NCBI GenBank assembly: GCA_963749895.1 | Contig: CAVVOG010000001.1 | Location: 1,046,901 to 1,110,900 of the forward strand | Length of the DNA: 64,000 nt | Source of the DNA: an uncultured Actinomycetes bacterium | GTDB taxonomy: Bacteria; Actinomycetota; UBA4738; HRBIN12 | Direction: 5' to 3' | In this document: positions 29,619 through 39,953 of the stretch, in pieces | How the letters are laid out: every line of letters starts with the position of its first letter | Numbering within the stretch: the first letter of the stretch is position 1 | Program-made: the position numbers and the translations under genes | Notes under the pieces: generated by a model | What the model was told of the DNA's origin: nothing | What the model saw: the letters and a program-made list of their open reading frames with translations, nothing else | The model's database searches: none

Positions 29619-30152
29619 ATGAGCCGCGACGCCCCCCACGACGAGTTCCTCCGGGCCACGATGGGCTGCATGGACCTCGTCTACAACCTGGCCCGCCGGA
29701 TGGCCGTGAGCGCCGAGGACGCGCAGGACCTCGTGCAGGAGACCTACCTCGCCGCGTTCCGCGCATGGCAGGACGATCGACGCCCCGACACGGTGGAGCC
29801 GTGGATCGCGACGATCTGCCTCAACCTCGGGCGTTCGATGCTCCGGCGGCGCGCTCGCCGGCCGCACGAGGTGCCGATCGAGGACACGATCCTGGTGGTT
29901 CCCGACCCTGCCGACCCCGAGCGCGAGGCGATCGCCGCGCTCGACCGCGAGGCCCTGCACGAGGCGATGTGGCATCTCCCCGAGGAGCAGTCCACGGCGC
30001 TGACACTGGTGGACCTCGGAGGCCTCAGCACCGCCGAGGCGGCACGCGTGATGGGGACCCCGCGCGGCACCGTGCTGTCGCGGCTCCACCGTGGCCGCCG
30101 CGCGCTCGCGCTCCTGCTGGACGACACGATCCCCGAACGGGAGGTGACCTGA
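29619..30152 (+). CDS. ECF sigma factor, SigR/SigH-like
   Basis: Region 2 DLVQETYLAAFRAW and region 4 TAEAARVMGTPRGTVLSRLHRGR. Confidence 0.85.
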   Translation: MSRDAPHDEFLRATMGCMDLVYNLARRMAVSAEDAQDLVQETYLAAFRAWQDDRRPDTVEPWIATICLNLGRSMLRRRARRPHEVPIEDTILVVPDPADPEREAIAALDREALHEAMWHLPEEQSTALTLVDLGGLSTAEAARVMGTPRGTVLSRLHRGRRALALLLDDTIPEREVT

Positions 30153-30153
30153 G

Positions 30154-30474
30154 ATGCGCCGTCGTCGGACCGATCCCGCCATCGACATCCGGGAGGCCCA
30201 CGATCCGGAGGTGAACGCCTCCTTGTACGTGTCGGGCGAGCTGCCGAGGAGGGTGCTCCGGTGGTTCGAGCAGCACCTCTTGGAGTGCGACGACTGCTGG
30301 CGCGAGGTCTGGCTCGCGCGCCGGGGCCGCCTGATCGCGGAGCACGCACGCGAGCTGGCGCCGGCGACCCTGCGGGATTCGGTGCGCGGCGCCGTCCAGC
30401 TCTCGGCGGCGGACGACGCGAGCCGGCACCGCCCCTCCCGGCGTCGGCGTCGGCGTCGGCGTCGGAACGGATGA
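30154..30474 (+). CDS. zinc-finger (zf-HC2/ZAS, RsrA-like) anti-sigma factor
   Basis: EQHLLECDDCWREV contains HxxxCxxC. Starts 2 nt after the sigma stop. C-terminal poly-Arg tail. Confidence 0.75.
   Translation: MRRRRTDPAIDIREAHDPEVNASLYVSGELPRRVLRWFEQHLLECDDCWREVWLARRGRLIAEHARELAPATLRDSVRGAVQLSAADDASRHRPSRRRRRRRRRNG
30439..30465. repeat. hexanucleotide tandem repeat (CGGCGT)x4 + CGG encoding a poly-Arg tail
   Basis: Direct reading of cggcgtcggcgtcggcgtcggcgtcgg inside the anti-sigma C-terminus. Confidence 0.9.
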
Positions 30475-30529
30475 CGGAACCGGCACCTGACGAGGCGGCT
30501 CGACCTCGGTCGGCCCAGGCGGACCCGGG

Positions 30530-31762
30530 CTACTCCTCGGCGAGGTACGTGAAGTCCTCCGGGAACGTCACCGACGCCTTCCACCACGCGTCGGTCTCGT
30601 CCGCGTCCATCTGGGAGAAGTCGGGAGCGTCCCAGATGAAGGCGCGCTCCATCTGCGCGGCCAGCGCCGCGAGCCGGGCGGCGCCTTCGTGCTCGGCGCG
30701 GCTCCACCGCTCGAGCGCGTCGTCGACGTTGCCGGGCTCGTCGAGGGCACGGGCGAGGTCGATCGCGTTGTTCACGGCCTTGAACACCCCGCTGCCGGTG
30801 AAGGGCTGGACGACGGCGCCCGCGTCACCGACCAGGCACATCCGGCCTCGACGGTAGGCGGGCGGTTCGACCGTGTAGATCGCCTGCGAGAACGTGTCGT
30901 CGCTGCCCTCGACGATGCCCCCGTAGTACGGGGCCAGGTGCTCCCTCATCAGATCCTTCAGCCGACGCTCCTCCTCCGGGCGCATCTGTCCGGGGGCGAT
31001 CGACCCCGATCGCTCTACGCCGTCGCGCCCGGTGAGGTGCGCGGGCAGTCCCGCCGGGTCCACCGGGATGTAGCAGGCCCAGTTGACGAGCCGACGACCT
31101 TCGTCGGTCTCGCCGTCACGGCCCGGCACGAGGTAGAAGACCGCGGTGCCGGGGAGCCCCTTGTACGTGGTCCGGACGATCGTCCCGTGCAGGGGCTCGG
31201 GATCGTCGAGCGAGGACTCCGGCAGGACCCCGCGCCACAGCACGTAGCCGCGGTACTCGAGGTCGGTCTGCGGGAACATCACGCGCCGACCGAGCGACCG
31301 GTAGCCGTCGGCGAACACGACGAGGTCGAACCGGTCCTGGGTCTCGTCGGCGAACGTGAGCCGGACGCCGTCGTCGTCGCCGACGGCGTCGGCCACCATC
31401 AGCCCCGTCCGGATCCGCTCGTCCGGGACGCGACCACGCAGGGCTCTCCACACACCGCTCCAGTGGAACCCCACCAGGTTGGTCGGGAAGGTGAGGGCGA
31501 CATGCCCGAGCCGCTCGTCCGCGGTGCGCCGGCCCACGAAGTGGTGCGCCGTCATCGGGATGCGCGGGGTCGCCTCGTCGAAGAGGTCACGGTCGATCAG
31601 CAGCTGGACCGTCGGCTCCGGTGAGCCGATCCCGGCGCCGCGTCCGACGAGCTCACCGGACTCCCGTTCGAACACCGTCACGTCGTGGCCGCCACGGCCG
31701 AGCTCGATCGCCGCGGCGCACCCCGCGATCGATCCGCCGACGATCCCGACCCGAAGCCCCAT
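30530..31762 (-). CDS. FAD-dependent monooxygenase (salicylate/aromatic hydroxylase-like)
   Basis: VGIVGGSIAGCAAAIEL FAD fingerprint. DAGAVVQPFTGSGV second FAD motif. Confidence 0.85.
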   Translation of the reverse strand: MGLRVGIVGGSIAGCAAAIELGRGGHDVTVFERESGELVGRGAGIGSPEPTVQLLIDRDLFDEATPRIPMTAHHFVGRRTADERLGHVALTFPTNLVGFHWSGVWRALRGRVPDERIRTGLMVADAVGDDDGVRLTFADETQDRFDLVVFADGYRSLGRRVMFPQTDLEYRGYVLWRGVLPESSLDDPEPLHGTIVRTTYKGLPGTAVFYLVPGRDGETDEGRRLVNWACYIPVDPAGLPAHLTGRDGVERSGSIAPGQMRPEEERRLKDLMREHLAPYYGGIVEGSDDTFSQAIYTVEPPAYRRGRMCLVGDAGAVVQPFTGSGVFKAVNNAIDLARALDEPGNVDDALERWSRAEHEGAARLAALAAQMERAFIWDAPDFSQMDADETDAWWKASVTFPEDFTYLAEE

Positions 31763-31816
31763 ATCTCGGCCCCCCTCCGACGCGCGCTCGTGCTGGGGGC
31801 GAGCCCCCGGGAGCCG

Positions 31817-33244
31817 TCACGATAGTCCAGGTCCGCGACCGGGGGGAAGCCCGGGCACCCTCCCGAGGCGGACCTGCGGGGCCCCCAGCAGACGCTTGGC
31901 CTCGCGGATCCCCGTGCGCATCGCGCCGTCGGCGAACCCGGCCCTGGCCGAACCGGTGGCCTCGCCCGCGAACAGCAGCCGCCCGTCGATCGGCTCGCCC
32001 AGACGGTCGAGATCCTCGCGCGAGGATCCGATGCGGATGAACGAGTACGCCCCGCGCGAGTACGGGTCGTGCCCCCACCCCGAGCCGACGACGTCGGTCG
32101 GGGTCGGAGGGTCGATCCCCGTGGAGGCACGGACGAGCGCGAGCACCTCGGCGACGCGATCCGCGAGGGGCCGGCCGAGCACCCGATCCGCGGCGGGACC
32201 CATCGCGAAGGCGGCGAGCACCGGGGCGCCCGTGAAGGCGTGGAGCTCGAAGCACGCGAGCCAGTCCCCGGCGTCGGCGTCGGGGATCACGGCGAACGGC
32301 TCGTCGCGGCGCCAGAAGGGCTCGTCGAACCGCAGGATGACCTTCTCGAACCGCCCGAAGCCCATCCGTTCGATCGCGTCGCGCCGTTCTGCGGGCAGGG
32401 CCGGTGCGAACGCGATCGCGGTCGCGTCCTTGAGCACGCCGAGCGGCACCGTGACGACGACGTGGGAGCCGGTGAGGGGCTCGTCGCGCCCGTGGATCCG
32501 GACCGTGACGCCGTCCTCGTCGCGGGCGATCTCGCGCACCGGCTGCGACGTCCGCACGTCCAGGCCCGCGGCGAGCCCGTCGAGGATCCTCCCGTAGCCG
32601 CCGTCGGGGAACTCGCCCAGGGCGCTCCCCTCGAACTCCACGGTGTTCGGCGGGAACTCGCGGGCGAGGGCGTCGTCGGGCGGCCACGCGTCCTCGGCGG
32701 TCATCAGGGCTCGGAAGAAACGACGGAGCGCGCCGCGATCCTCGGCCCCTTCGTACCCGGAGAGGAAGCGATCGATCTCGTCGGCGAGCGACCGGGACGC
32801 GTCGAGCGTCGCGCGCTCGCGATCGAGCCACTCGTAGAAGGAGTCGACCGCCGGGATGAGGGGAGCGAGGGCGTCGAGGTTCCCGTCGGCGTCCATCAGG
32901 GTCGCGCTGTCGAAGAAGTCCACCGGGGTGCGCGCGACCCCCAGCAGGTCGGCCAGCGCGCTCATCGGGTTCCCGTCGGGGGTGTGGATCCACGCGCCGC
33001 CGAGGTCGACGCGCGACCCACCCAGGTCGACGGTGTGGAGCCGCCCCCCGATCCGGTCGCGCGCCTCGAGGACCACGACCTCCGCGCCCGCGTGGGTCAG
33101 GGCGTTCGCGACCGTGAGCCCCGCGATCCCGGCGCCGACGACGATCACCCGTCCCACGGGACCGGCCACGCCACCGGGCACCTCCGGTGAGCCGTCGTCG
33201 AACGGCCCGACCGCGGCTCCGTCGGTCTTCGAGGATGCGCCCAT
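31817..33244 (-). CDS. flavin-containing amine oxidase (polyamine/monoamine oxidase family)
   Basis: Real start MGASSKTDG at 33244 lies within the long track ORF 31817..34177. [17 protein letters not shown] and the GRLHT motif are typical of the amine oxidase family. Confidence 0.85.
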   Translation of the reverse strand: MGASSKTDGAAVGPFDDGSPEVPGGVAGPVGRVIVVGAGIAGLTVANALTHAGAEVVVLEARDRIGGRLHTVDLGGSRVDLGGAWIHTPDGNPMSALADLLGVARTPVDFFDSATLMDADGNLDALAPLIPAVDSFYEWLDRERATLDASRSLADEIDRFLSGYEGAEDRGALRRFFRALMTAEDAWPPDDALAREFPPNTVEFEGSALGEFPDGGYGRILDGLAAGLDVRTSQPVREIARDEDGVTVRIHGRDEPLTGSHVVVTVPLGVLKDATAIAFAPALPAERRDAIERMGFGRFEKVILRFDEPFWRRDEPFAVIPDADAGDWLACFELHAFTGAPVLAAFAMGPAADRVLGRPLADRVAEVLALVRASTGIDPPTPTDVVGSGWGHDPYSRGAYSFIRIGSSREDLDRLGEPIDGRLLFAGEATGSARAGFADGAMRTGIREAKRLLGAPQVRLGRVPGLPPGRGPGLS

Positions 33245-33338
33245 GTGGCAGCCTACCTCGGGCTCGAACCCTGGCGGGCTGGGCAGCCCGCACCGGGTGG
33301 GGGAGGGTATCTTCGGGTCCGCCGACGGGAGGGGAACG

Positions 33339-33815
33339 ATGGCTCCGAAGGAACGCCCGCAGGGATCCGCGAAGCGCACGACCACGCGCGGGGCCTCCGA
33401 TGGGTTCACGGTCGACGAGCGGGCCGCGATGAAGGCTCGCGCCCAGGAGCTGAAGGCTGAGGCGCGCGCGAACAGGAGCCGGGCCGACGGGGAGCGCGAC
33501 GTGCTGGCGAAGATCGCCGAGATGCGGGGATCGGACCGGGCCATGGCCGAGCGGCTCCACGCGATCGTCACCGCCAACGCGCCGACCCTCTCCCCGAAGA
33601 CCTGGTACGGGATGCCCGCGTACGCGAAGGACGGCAAGGTCGTCTGCTTCTTCCAGAGCGCGGAGAAGTTCAACGCGAGGTACGCGACGCTCGGCTTCAG
33701 CGACCAGGCGAACCTCGATGCCGGTTCGATGTGGCCGACCTCGTTCGCGCTGAAGGAGCTGACCGCCGCGGACGAGGCGAAGATCGTTCGGCTCGTGAAG
33801 AAGGCCGTGCGGTAG
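33339..33815 (+). CDS. DUF1801 (YdhG-like) domain protein
   Basis: ATG at 33339 after GGGAGGGG. Conserved C-terminal block [29 protein letters not shown]. Confidence 0.65.
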   Translation: MAPKERPQGSAKRTTTRGASDGFTVDERAAMKARAQELKAEARANRSRADGERDVLAKIAEMRGSDRAMAERLHAIVTANAPTLSPKTWYGMPAYAKDGKVVCFFQSAEKFNARYATLGFSDQANLDAGSMWPTSFALKELTAADEAKIVRLVKKAVR

Positions 33816-33827
33816 GGGAACCTGCGC

Positions 33828-34502
33828 GTGAGCGACGCGTTCAGCCAGATGCTTCCCTTCGCCCTCGTGATCGCGTTCAGCCCGATCACGCTGGTGGCGG
33901 TGATCGCGATGCTCTTCTCCGTGCGGGCGATCCCGAACGGCGTGGCCTTCCTCGCCGGATGGGCGTTCGGCGTGGGTGTCGCGCTCGTGGTCCTGACGGC
34001 GCTCGCCGGCGTCGCGGACCCGACCGACGGTGGCGACGACCCGTCGAGCGTGGTGACGGTCCTCCGGTTCCTCCTCGGTGCGTCGCTGCTGGCGTACGCC
34101 GCGAAGACGTGGAGGGCGCGCTCGCGCCCCGGTGACGCCGTCGAGATGCCCCGATGGATGTCACGGGTCGAACGCATCGTCCCCTCGCGGGCGTTCGGCC
34201 TGGCCGTCGCGCTGGGCGCGGTGAACCCGAAGAACCTCCTGATGCACGTCGCGGCCGCCGCGGCGCTGGTCTCCGAGGGGCTCTCCCGGACCGCCGAGGG
34301 GACCGCGGCCGTGCTCTACGTGCTGGTCGCCTCGTCGTCCGTCGCGTGCCTGGTCGCCTACCGCGTGCTGGCGGGGGAGCGCGGCGCGGCCACCCTTGAT
34401 CGGGTGCGGAGGTGGCTCGTCGCGAACGACGCGATCGTGATGTCCGTGCTCTTCCTCGTGCTCGGCGTGAAGCTCGTCGTCGACGCGATCGCGGGGCTCT
34501 GA
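33828..34502 (+). CDS. GAP-family (Sap-like) integral membrane protein
   Basis: Six predicted TM segments. GTG start. Confidence 0.65.
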   Translation: MSDAFSQMLPFALVIAFSPITLVAVIAMLFSVRAIPNGVAFLAGWAFGVGVALVVLTALAGVADPTDGGDDPSSVVTVLRFLLGASLLAYAAKTWRARSRPGDAVEMPRWMSRVERIVPSRAFGLAVALGAVNPKNLLMHVAAAAALVSEGLSRTAEGTAAVLYVLVASSSVACLVAYRVLAGERGAATLDRVRRWLVANDAIVMSVLFLVLGVKLVVDAIAGL

Positions 34503-34644
34503 CGATGACCGAGCGGCGATCGGGAACCGATGCATCGCCGCCGCGGACGGCACCCTTCGCGCGCCGGCGTGCGACGATGCCGGCCACCGCCTGAGCGGAT
34601 ACCATCCGCCCTGCCCCGCACCACATCGCGATGGAGGGATACCC

Positions 34645-36012
34645 ATGGACGACCGAACGGGAGGCTCGCTCCGCGACCGTGTCCGCGGCCTGATGCCGGG
34701 ACTCACCGACGACCTCAAGGATCTGATCTCGATCGCGTCCGTGTCGGCCCCCGGCTACCCGGAGCCGACCCATGCGGCGCTGCGCGAGGCCCATGACGCC
34801 GTCGAGCGCCTGTTCCGCGACGCGGGCGTCGAGCGGTTCGAGACGATCGAGCTGCCCGACACCGCCCCGGTGGTCTTCGGCGAGATCCCGGCCCCCGACG
34901 GCGCGCCGACCGTGCTCCTCTACAGCCACTACGACGTCGTGCCCGCGGGTGACGAGTCGCTGTGGGAGACGCCGCCGTTCGAGCCCACCGAGCGCGACGG
35001 CGCGATCCACGGTCGCGGCGCCGCCGACACGAAGTCGAACATCATGGCGCTCGTCGGCGCGCTCCGCGCCTGGGACGGCCGCCCGCCGGTCGGGATCAAG
35101 GTCGTGGTCGAAGGGCTCGAGGAGGTCGGCGGGGGCGCGTTCACGACCTACCCGCAGACCGACCCAGAGCGGTTCGCGGCCGACGTGATGCTGATCGGCG
35201 ACATGGGCAACGTCCGTCCGGGGATCCCGACCCTGACCGTGGCGCTGAGGGGCATGGCCAACGTGATGGTCGAGGTCCGAACGCTCGGCTCGGCCAAGCA
35301 CAGCGGGCAGTACGGGGGTGCCGCGCCCGACGCCCTGCTCGCGCTGATGCGCGGGATCGCCTCGCTGCACGACGATCGCGGCGACGTCGCGGTCGAGGGG
35401 CTTCGCCGTGAGGAGTGGACCGGCGGCGGCCCGAGCGAGGACGAGTTCCGCGAGCTGGCCGAGGCCGCCGACGGCATGCCGCTGATCGGGACCGGGACGC
35501 TGGGCTCGCGCGTGTGGTCGGGCCCCGCGATCACGGTGATCGGGGTCGACGTCCCGTCGGTCGAGCACTCGCTGAACGCGGTCTCGCCGTACGCGCGGGC
35601 GAAGCTCAACGTGCGGGTCCACCCCGAGCAGGATCCGGCCGAGGCCCAGGCCGCGGTCGTGCGGCACCTGCAGGCGGCGATGCCGTTCGGCGTCTCGCTC
35701 GAGGTCCGCGGGCTCGAGACGGGTCACGGGTACGCGACGCGCACCGACAGCCCCTCGGTCGAGGTCGCGAAGGCCGCGTGGTCGAGCGCCTGGGGAGCCG
35801 AGACCGTGTTCGCCGGCGCCGGCGGCTCGATCCCGCTCGTCCGCTCGCTGCACGAGGCCTCCCCCGACGCCGACATCCTGCTCGTCGGGACCGCTGACGG
35901 CTACGCGAACATCCACGGTCCGAACGAGCGGGTGCTCCTGGACGAGTTCGAGAAGGCGACGCTCGCCGAGGCCGACCTGTTCGCACGCCTGGCCGAGGGA
36001 GCCGGCGCGTGA
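34645..36012 (+). CDS. M20 family dipeptidase/aminoacylase (AbgB-like)
   Basis: HYDVVP and GRGAADTK metal-binding motifs. Confidence 0.85.
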   Translation: MDDRTGGSLRDRVRGLMPGLTDDLKDLISIASVSAPGYPEPTHAALREAHDAVERLFRDAGVERFETIELPDTAPVVFGEIPAPDGAPTVLLYSHYDVVPAGDESLWETPPFEPTERDGAIHGRGAADTKSNIMALVGALRAWDGRPPVGIKVVVEGLEEVGGGAFTTYPQTDPERFAADVMLIGDMGNVRPGIPTLTVALRGMANVMVEVRTLGSAKHSGQYGGAAPDALLALMRGIASLHDDRGDVAVEGLRREEWTGGGPSEDEFRELAEAADGMPLIGTGTLGSRVWSGPAITVIGVDVPSVEHSLNAVSPYARAKLNVRVHPEQDPAEAQAAVVRHLQAAMPFGVSLEVRGLETGHGYATRTDSPSVEVAKAAWSSAWGAETVFAGAGGSIPLVRSLHEASPDADILLVGTADGYANIHGPNERVLLDEFEKATLAEADLFARLAEGAGA

Positions 36013-37667
36013 GCGACACCGCCGCCGCCGCGAAGCCCGGGGTGATCGCGCGCACGCTCGACGTGATCGAGCGCGTCGGGAACAAGGTCCCCCACCCCGC
36101 GATCATGTTCCTGGCGCTGGTCGTCGGTGTGATCGTGCTGTCGCAGGTGCTCGCGTGGGTCGGGGTCAGCGCGACCTACGAGGTGGTCGAGCCGCCACCG
36201 CAGGCGGCCGAGGCCGAGTACGTGGGTGGCTCGGTCCTGCCCGCCGAGGTGCTTCCCGCCCAGCCGCCCGACGCCTCCGAGTACGAGCTCGTCCAACGCA
36301 CCGTCGAGATCGAAGGGATGCTCACGGCGGAGGGGATCCGGTTCCTGTTCACCTCGTTCGTGAGCAACTTCATGGGGTTCACGGCGATGGGGATCATCTT
36401 GATCGTGATGATCGGCGTCGGCGTGGCCGAACGCTCCGGGCTGATCGCCGCCCTGATCCGCAAGCTCGTGGCGGCGTCCTCGCCGGCGGCGCTCACGTAC
36501 ATCATCGTGTTCCTCGGGGTGATCTCGAGCATCGCCTCCGACGCGGGATACCTCGTGCTGATCCCCCTCGGCGCCGCGGCGTTCAAGAGCATCGGGCGGC
36601 ACCCGCTCGCGGGCATGGCGGCCGCGTTCGCGGGGGTCGCCGGCGGGTTCGGCGTGAACCTGCTGATCACCCCGACCGACGCCGTCCTGACCGAGATCAC
36701 GAACGAGTCGATCGGCCTGATCGACCCGAACCTGACGATCGACCTGACCGCGAACCTGTGGTTCGGGATCGGCTCGACGGTCCTGCTGACCGTGCTGCTC
36801 GGGATCATGACCGCGCGGGTCGTGGAGCGTCGCCTGGGGACCTACGACCCGTCGGTGGCCCCCGAGGCCGACGCGACCCAGATCCAGGCGGCCGACGATG
36901 CCCCCGAGATCTCGCCGGAGGCCGAGCGCCGCGGCCTGCGCCTGTCCGGCATCTTCACGCTCGTCGCGCTCGTGGGGATCACGCTGCTGACCGTGCTGCC
37001 GAACGCGCCTCTGCGCGACCCCGACACGGGCAGCATCATCGGCACGTCGCCCTTCATGGACAGCCTGATCCCGATCATCTCGATCCTGTTCCTGGCCGCC
37101 GGACTCGGCTTCGGGCGCGGCGCCGGCACGCTGAGGACGAACGACGAGGTGATCGACGCCGTCACGAAGTCGTGGGCGGGGCTGGCCGGGCTGCTGCTGC
37201 TGTTCCTGCTGATCGCGCAGTTCATCGCGTACTTCAACTACTCGAACATGCCCGAGGTCGCGGCGGTGAAGCTCGGCGACCTGATCGAGAGCGTCGACAT
37301 CGGGGCCGGCTGGCTGCTCGTGATCGCGATCGGTATCACCCTCGTCGTGGGCATCATCATCCCGCAGGCGATCGCGAAGTGGGCCCTGCTCGCGCCGATC
37401 TTCATCCCGCTGTTCATGCGTCTGGGCATCGAGCCCGAAGCGGTCCTCGCCGCCTACCGCGTGGGCGACTCGCCGATGAACATCGTCACCCCGATCATGG
37501 CGTACTTCCCGCTGATCGTGGTGTTCGCGGCCCGCTACGACCGACGCTCGGGGATCGGCACCGTGATCGCGCTGATGCTGCCCTACTTCGTCGCGCTCGC
37601 GGTGGCGTGGACCCTGTTCTTCGTCGCGTGGTACCTGCTCGGCCTGCCCTGGGGGCTCGGGACCTGA
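36009..37667 (+). CDS. AbgT family transporter (aminobenzoyl-glutamate/dipeptide uptake)
   Basis: 552 aa polytopic membrane protein. Overlaps the M20 stop by 4 nt. Confidence 0.85.
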   Translation: MSDTAAAAKPGVIARTLDVIERVGNKVPHPAIMFLALVVGVIVLSQVLAWVGVSATYEVVEPPPQAAEAEYVGGSVLPAEVLPAQPPDASEYELVQRTVEIEGMLTAEGIRFLFTSFVSNFMGFTAMGIILIVMIGVGVAERSGLIAALIRKLVAASSPAALTYIIVFLGVISSIASDAGYLVLIPLGAAAFKSIGRHPLAGMAAAFAGVAGGFGVNLLITPTDAVLTEITNESIGLIDPNLTIDLTANLWFGIGSTVLLTVLLGIMTARVVERRLGTYDPSVAPEADATQIQAADDAPEISPEAERRGLRLSGIFTLVALVGITLLTVLPNAPLRDPDTGSIIGTSPFMDSLIPIISILFLAAGLGFGRGAGTLRTNDEVIDAVTKSWAGLAGLLLLFLLIAQFIAYFNYSNMPEVAAVKLGDLIESVDIGAGWLLVIAIGITLVVGIIIPQAIAKWALLAPIFIPLFMRLGIEPEAVLAAYRVGDSPMNIVTPIMAYFPLIVVFAARYDRRSGIGTVIALMLPYFVALAVAWTLFFVAWYLLGLPWGLGT

Positions 37668-37892
37668 CCGACGCGCCCCGCGATCCGCACCGTGCGTCGC
37701 GAGCGCCTGACCGGATCCGCGACGACCGTGCGGTACCCTGTACCCAGCGTTCGATCCCGCAGATCGGGATCACGTGCGACGAAGTCTCGCGATCTTCCGC
37801 TCTCGCCCTTCCCTGTGGGCATCCGCGCAAGCGCCTTTCCTCGACGCGCAGAACAAGGCCCCGTTCGGGGCCATGACCAGGGAAGGATCCCC

Positions 37893-39128
37893 ATGCAACG
37901 AGCACCATCCACGGCTGCCGCTTTCGAGGCGCCGTCCGAACCCGGCTTCCGCGACCTCGGCGTCTCGGCGCCGGTCGCCGACGCCCTCGCGATGCGGGGC
38001 TTCGAGCGCCCCTTCGCGATCCAGACGCTCGCCCTGCCGGACGCTCTTCGGGGGCGCGACGTCCTCGCTCGCTCCCGGACGGGGTCGGGCAAGACCCTCG
38101 CCTTCGCGGTGCCGATCGTCGAGCGGCTGCAGCCGAACGGCTCGACCCCTGCCGCGCTCGTGCTCGCGCCGACGCGTGAGCTCGCGAGCCAGATCACCGA
38201 GGAGTTCCGGGCGATCGCCGACGTGCGCGGTCTCCAGGTGGCCGCGGTCTACGGAGGCGTCGGCCTCGGTCCCCAGGCGAAGCGGGCGCGCCGCGCCGAC
38301 GTCGTCGTCGCGACCCCCGGGCGCCTGCTCGACCTCGTCGCCCGCAAGATGTTGCGGTTGGATCGCGTCCGGATCTGCGTCCTGGACGAGGCCGACCGGA
38401 TGCTCGACATGGGCTTCCTGCCGGACGTCCGGCGGATCTTGGACCTGCTGCGGGTCGACCGGCAGACGATGCTGTTCTCGGCCACGCTCGACGGTGAGGT
38501 CGGGCGGCTCGCCGAGCGCATCACCCGCGACCCGGTCGTGCACCAGATCGGCGACGAGGGTCCCGACATAACCCACGTCCAGCACCGTTTCATCGCGGTC
38601 GAGCATCCGCGCAAGACCCAGATGCTGATCCGTGAGCTGGCCGGCGACCGCGGGCTCACGCTGATCTTCGTCCGCACGAAGCACGGCGCCGACCGTCTGG
38701 CGCGGAACCTCCGGAAGGAGGGCTTCCATGCCGGCGAGCTCCACGGTGGGATGTCGCAGCCGCAGCGCGAGCGCGCGCTCGGCCGTTTCGCGGCAGGCGC
38801 GAACGACGTCCTCGTGGCGACCGACGTCGCTGCGCGCGGCCTCGACCTCGACGACATCACCCACGTGATCAACTTCGATGCACCGGCCGACGAGAAGGCC
38901 TACGTCCACCGGATCGGACGCACCGCCCGCGCGGGACGCGGTGGCGACGGCGTCACGTTCGTCACGCCGGAGCAGCGACTCGAGGTGCAACGGATCGCGA
39001 AGCACCTCGAGCTCGACGCCGAGTTCGTCCTGGCCGGGTTCGCCCCGGAGCCCGTGCGCACGCGGAGCGGTCCGCCCCGCCGTCGTAGCGGCGGTCGCGG
39101 CGCTCGTCAGGGGCGGGCCGGGCGATGA
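37893..39128 (+). CDS. DEAD-box ATP-dependent RNA helicase
   Basis: Q-motif FAIQ, Walker A SRTGSGKT, PTRELA, DEAD (VLDEADRM), SAT, HRIGRTAR. ATG 37893 after GGGAAGGA. Confidence 0.9.
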   Translation: MQRAPSTAAAFEAPSEPGFRDLGVSAPVADALAMRGFERPFAIQTLALPDALRGRDVLARSRTGSGKTLAFAVPIVERLQPNGSTPAALVLAPTRELASQITEEFRAIADVRGLQVAAVYGGVGLGPQAKRARRADVVVATPGRLLDLVARKMLRLDRVRICVLDEADRMLDMGFLPDVRRILDLLRVDRQTMLFSATLDGEVGRLAERITRDPVVHQIGDEGPDITHVQHRFIAVEHPRKTQMLIRELAGDRGLTLIFVRTKHGADRLARNLRKEGFHAGELHGGMSQPQRERALGRFAAGANDVLVATDVAARGLDLDDITHVINFDAPADEKAYVHRIGRTARAGRGGDGVTFVTPEQRLEVQRIAKHLELDAEFVLAGFAPEPVRTRSGPPRRRSGGRGARQGRAGR

Positions 39129-39397
39129 CCGCGGCCGGCCGGCTGGACGTGGATCGGGTGCGAGAGGCCCTCGCGTTGGTCGACGACGGCTCGCTCGACG
39201 AGGCCGCCGCCCGGCTGGCTCCGCTCGTGCGCGGGCGCCGCTTCACGCGTCCGAGCGGGCGATCGGCCGAACCGCTCGAGCTGGATGAGGTCAAGGGATG
39301 GCTGCAGGCCGCCTCCGACGACCCCACCGCCGACGACGCACGCTTCTACGTGGAGCGCGCGTACTACAAGCTGCGCCGCCACCGACCCGAGGGCTGA
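39125..39397 (+). CDS. hypothetical small protein
   Basis: 90 aa with high GC3. Overlaps the helicase stop by 4 nt. Confidence 0.4.
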   Translation: MTAAGRLDVDRVREALALVDDGSLDEAAARLAPLVRGRRFTRPSGRSAEPLELDEVKGWLQAASDDPTADDARFYVERAYYKLRRHRPEG

Positions 39398-39478
39398 ACC
39401 GGCGCGGGCCGACCCGCGGTGCCCTGCCGCGAGGCGGGGCGATATCGTGGGGTCGTCCTCCGACGGAAGGGTGGACGG

Positions 39479-39953
39479 CATGGCCGGGAGCAAGGCACGG
39501 GTGCCACCGCGGTGGTTCGTCGTCACCTTCTGGCACGCGCACCGGCGGATCGTCCGGGCCACCAAGGGACGCAAGGGGCTGTGGCGCCCGCGTCCGGGGA
39601 AGTGGGGCACCCTGCGGCTCACGACGACCGGGCGGCGCAGCGGCGAGCCGCGCAGCGTGATCCTCGGCTACTACGAGGACGGACCCAGGCTGGTCTCGAT
39701 GGCCATGAACGGCTGGGGTGCGGCCGAGCCCGCCTGGTGGCTGAACCTGCAGGCGCATCCGGAGGCGGTCGTCGAGCTGCCCGGAGGGAGCCGTCGCGAG
39801 GTCCTCGGCCGGGCGGCGACCGGCGAGGAGCGCGAACGGCTGTGGCAGCGCTGGCGCGACCTGGACGCGAACCTCGACGGCTACGCGGCGCGACGCCCGC
39901 GGGAGACGGCGGTCGTCGTCCTGGAACCGCGCGAGGCCGGGGAGCCGTCCTGA
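39479..39953 (+). CDS. deazaflavin (F420H2)-dependent nitroreductase family protein (DUF385)
   Basis: GTLRLTTTGRRSGEPRSVILGYYEDGPRLVSMAMNGW matches the DUF385/Ddn-like family. Confidence 0.7.

Noticed and set aside
30439-30465. Tandem repeat considered as a possible CRISPR or mobile-element repeat
   Set aside because: Only 27 bp, hexameric, in frame inside a coding sequence, with no spacers. It is a coding microsatellite. No CRISPR array was seen anywhere in the window.
31653-34177. Very long minus-strand ORFs (635 and 786 aa) overlapping each other
   Set aside because: Only the 3' 476 codons of the 786-aa ORF (31817..33244) form a real amine oxidase. The remainder and the 635-aa ORF are Arg/Gly/Pro-rich antisense artefacts of the plus-strand genes 33339..34502.
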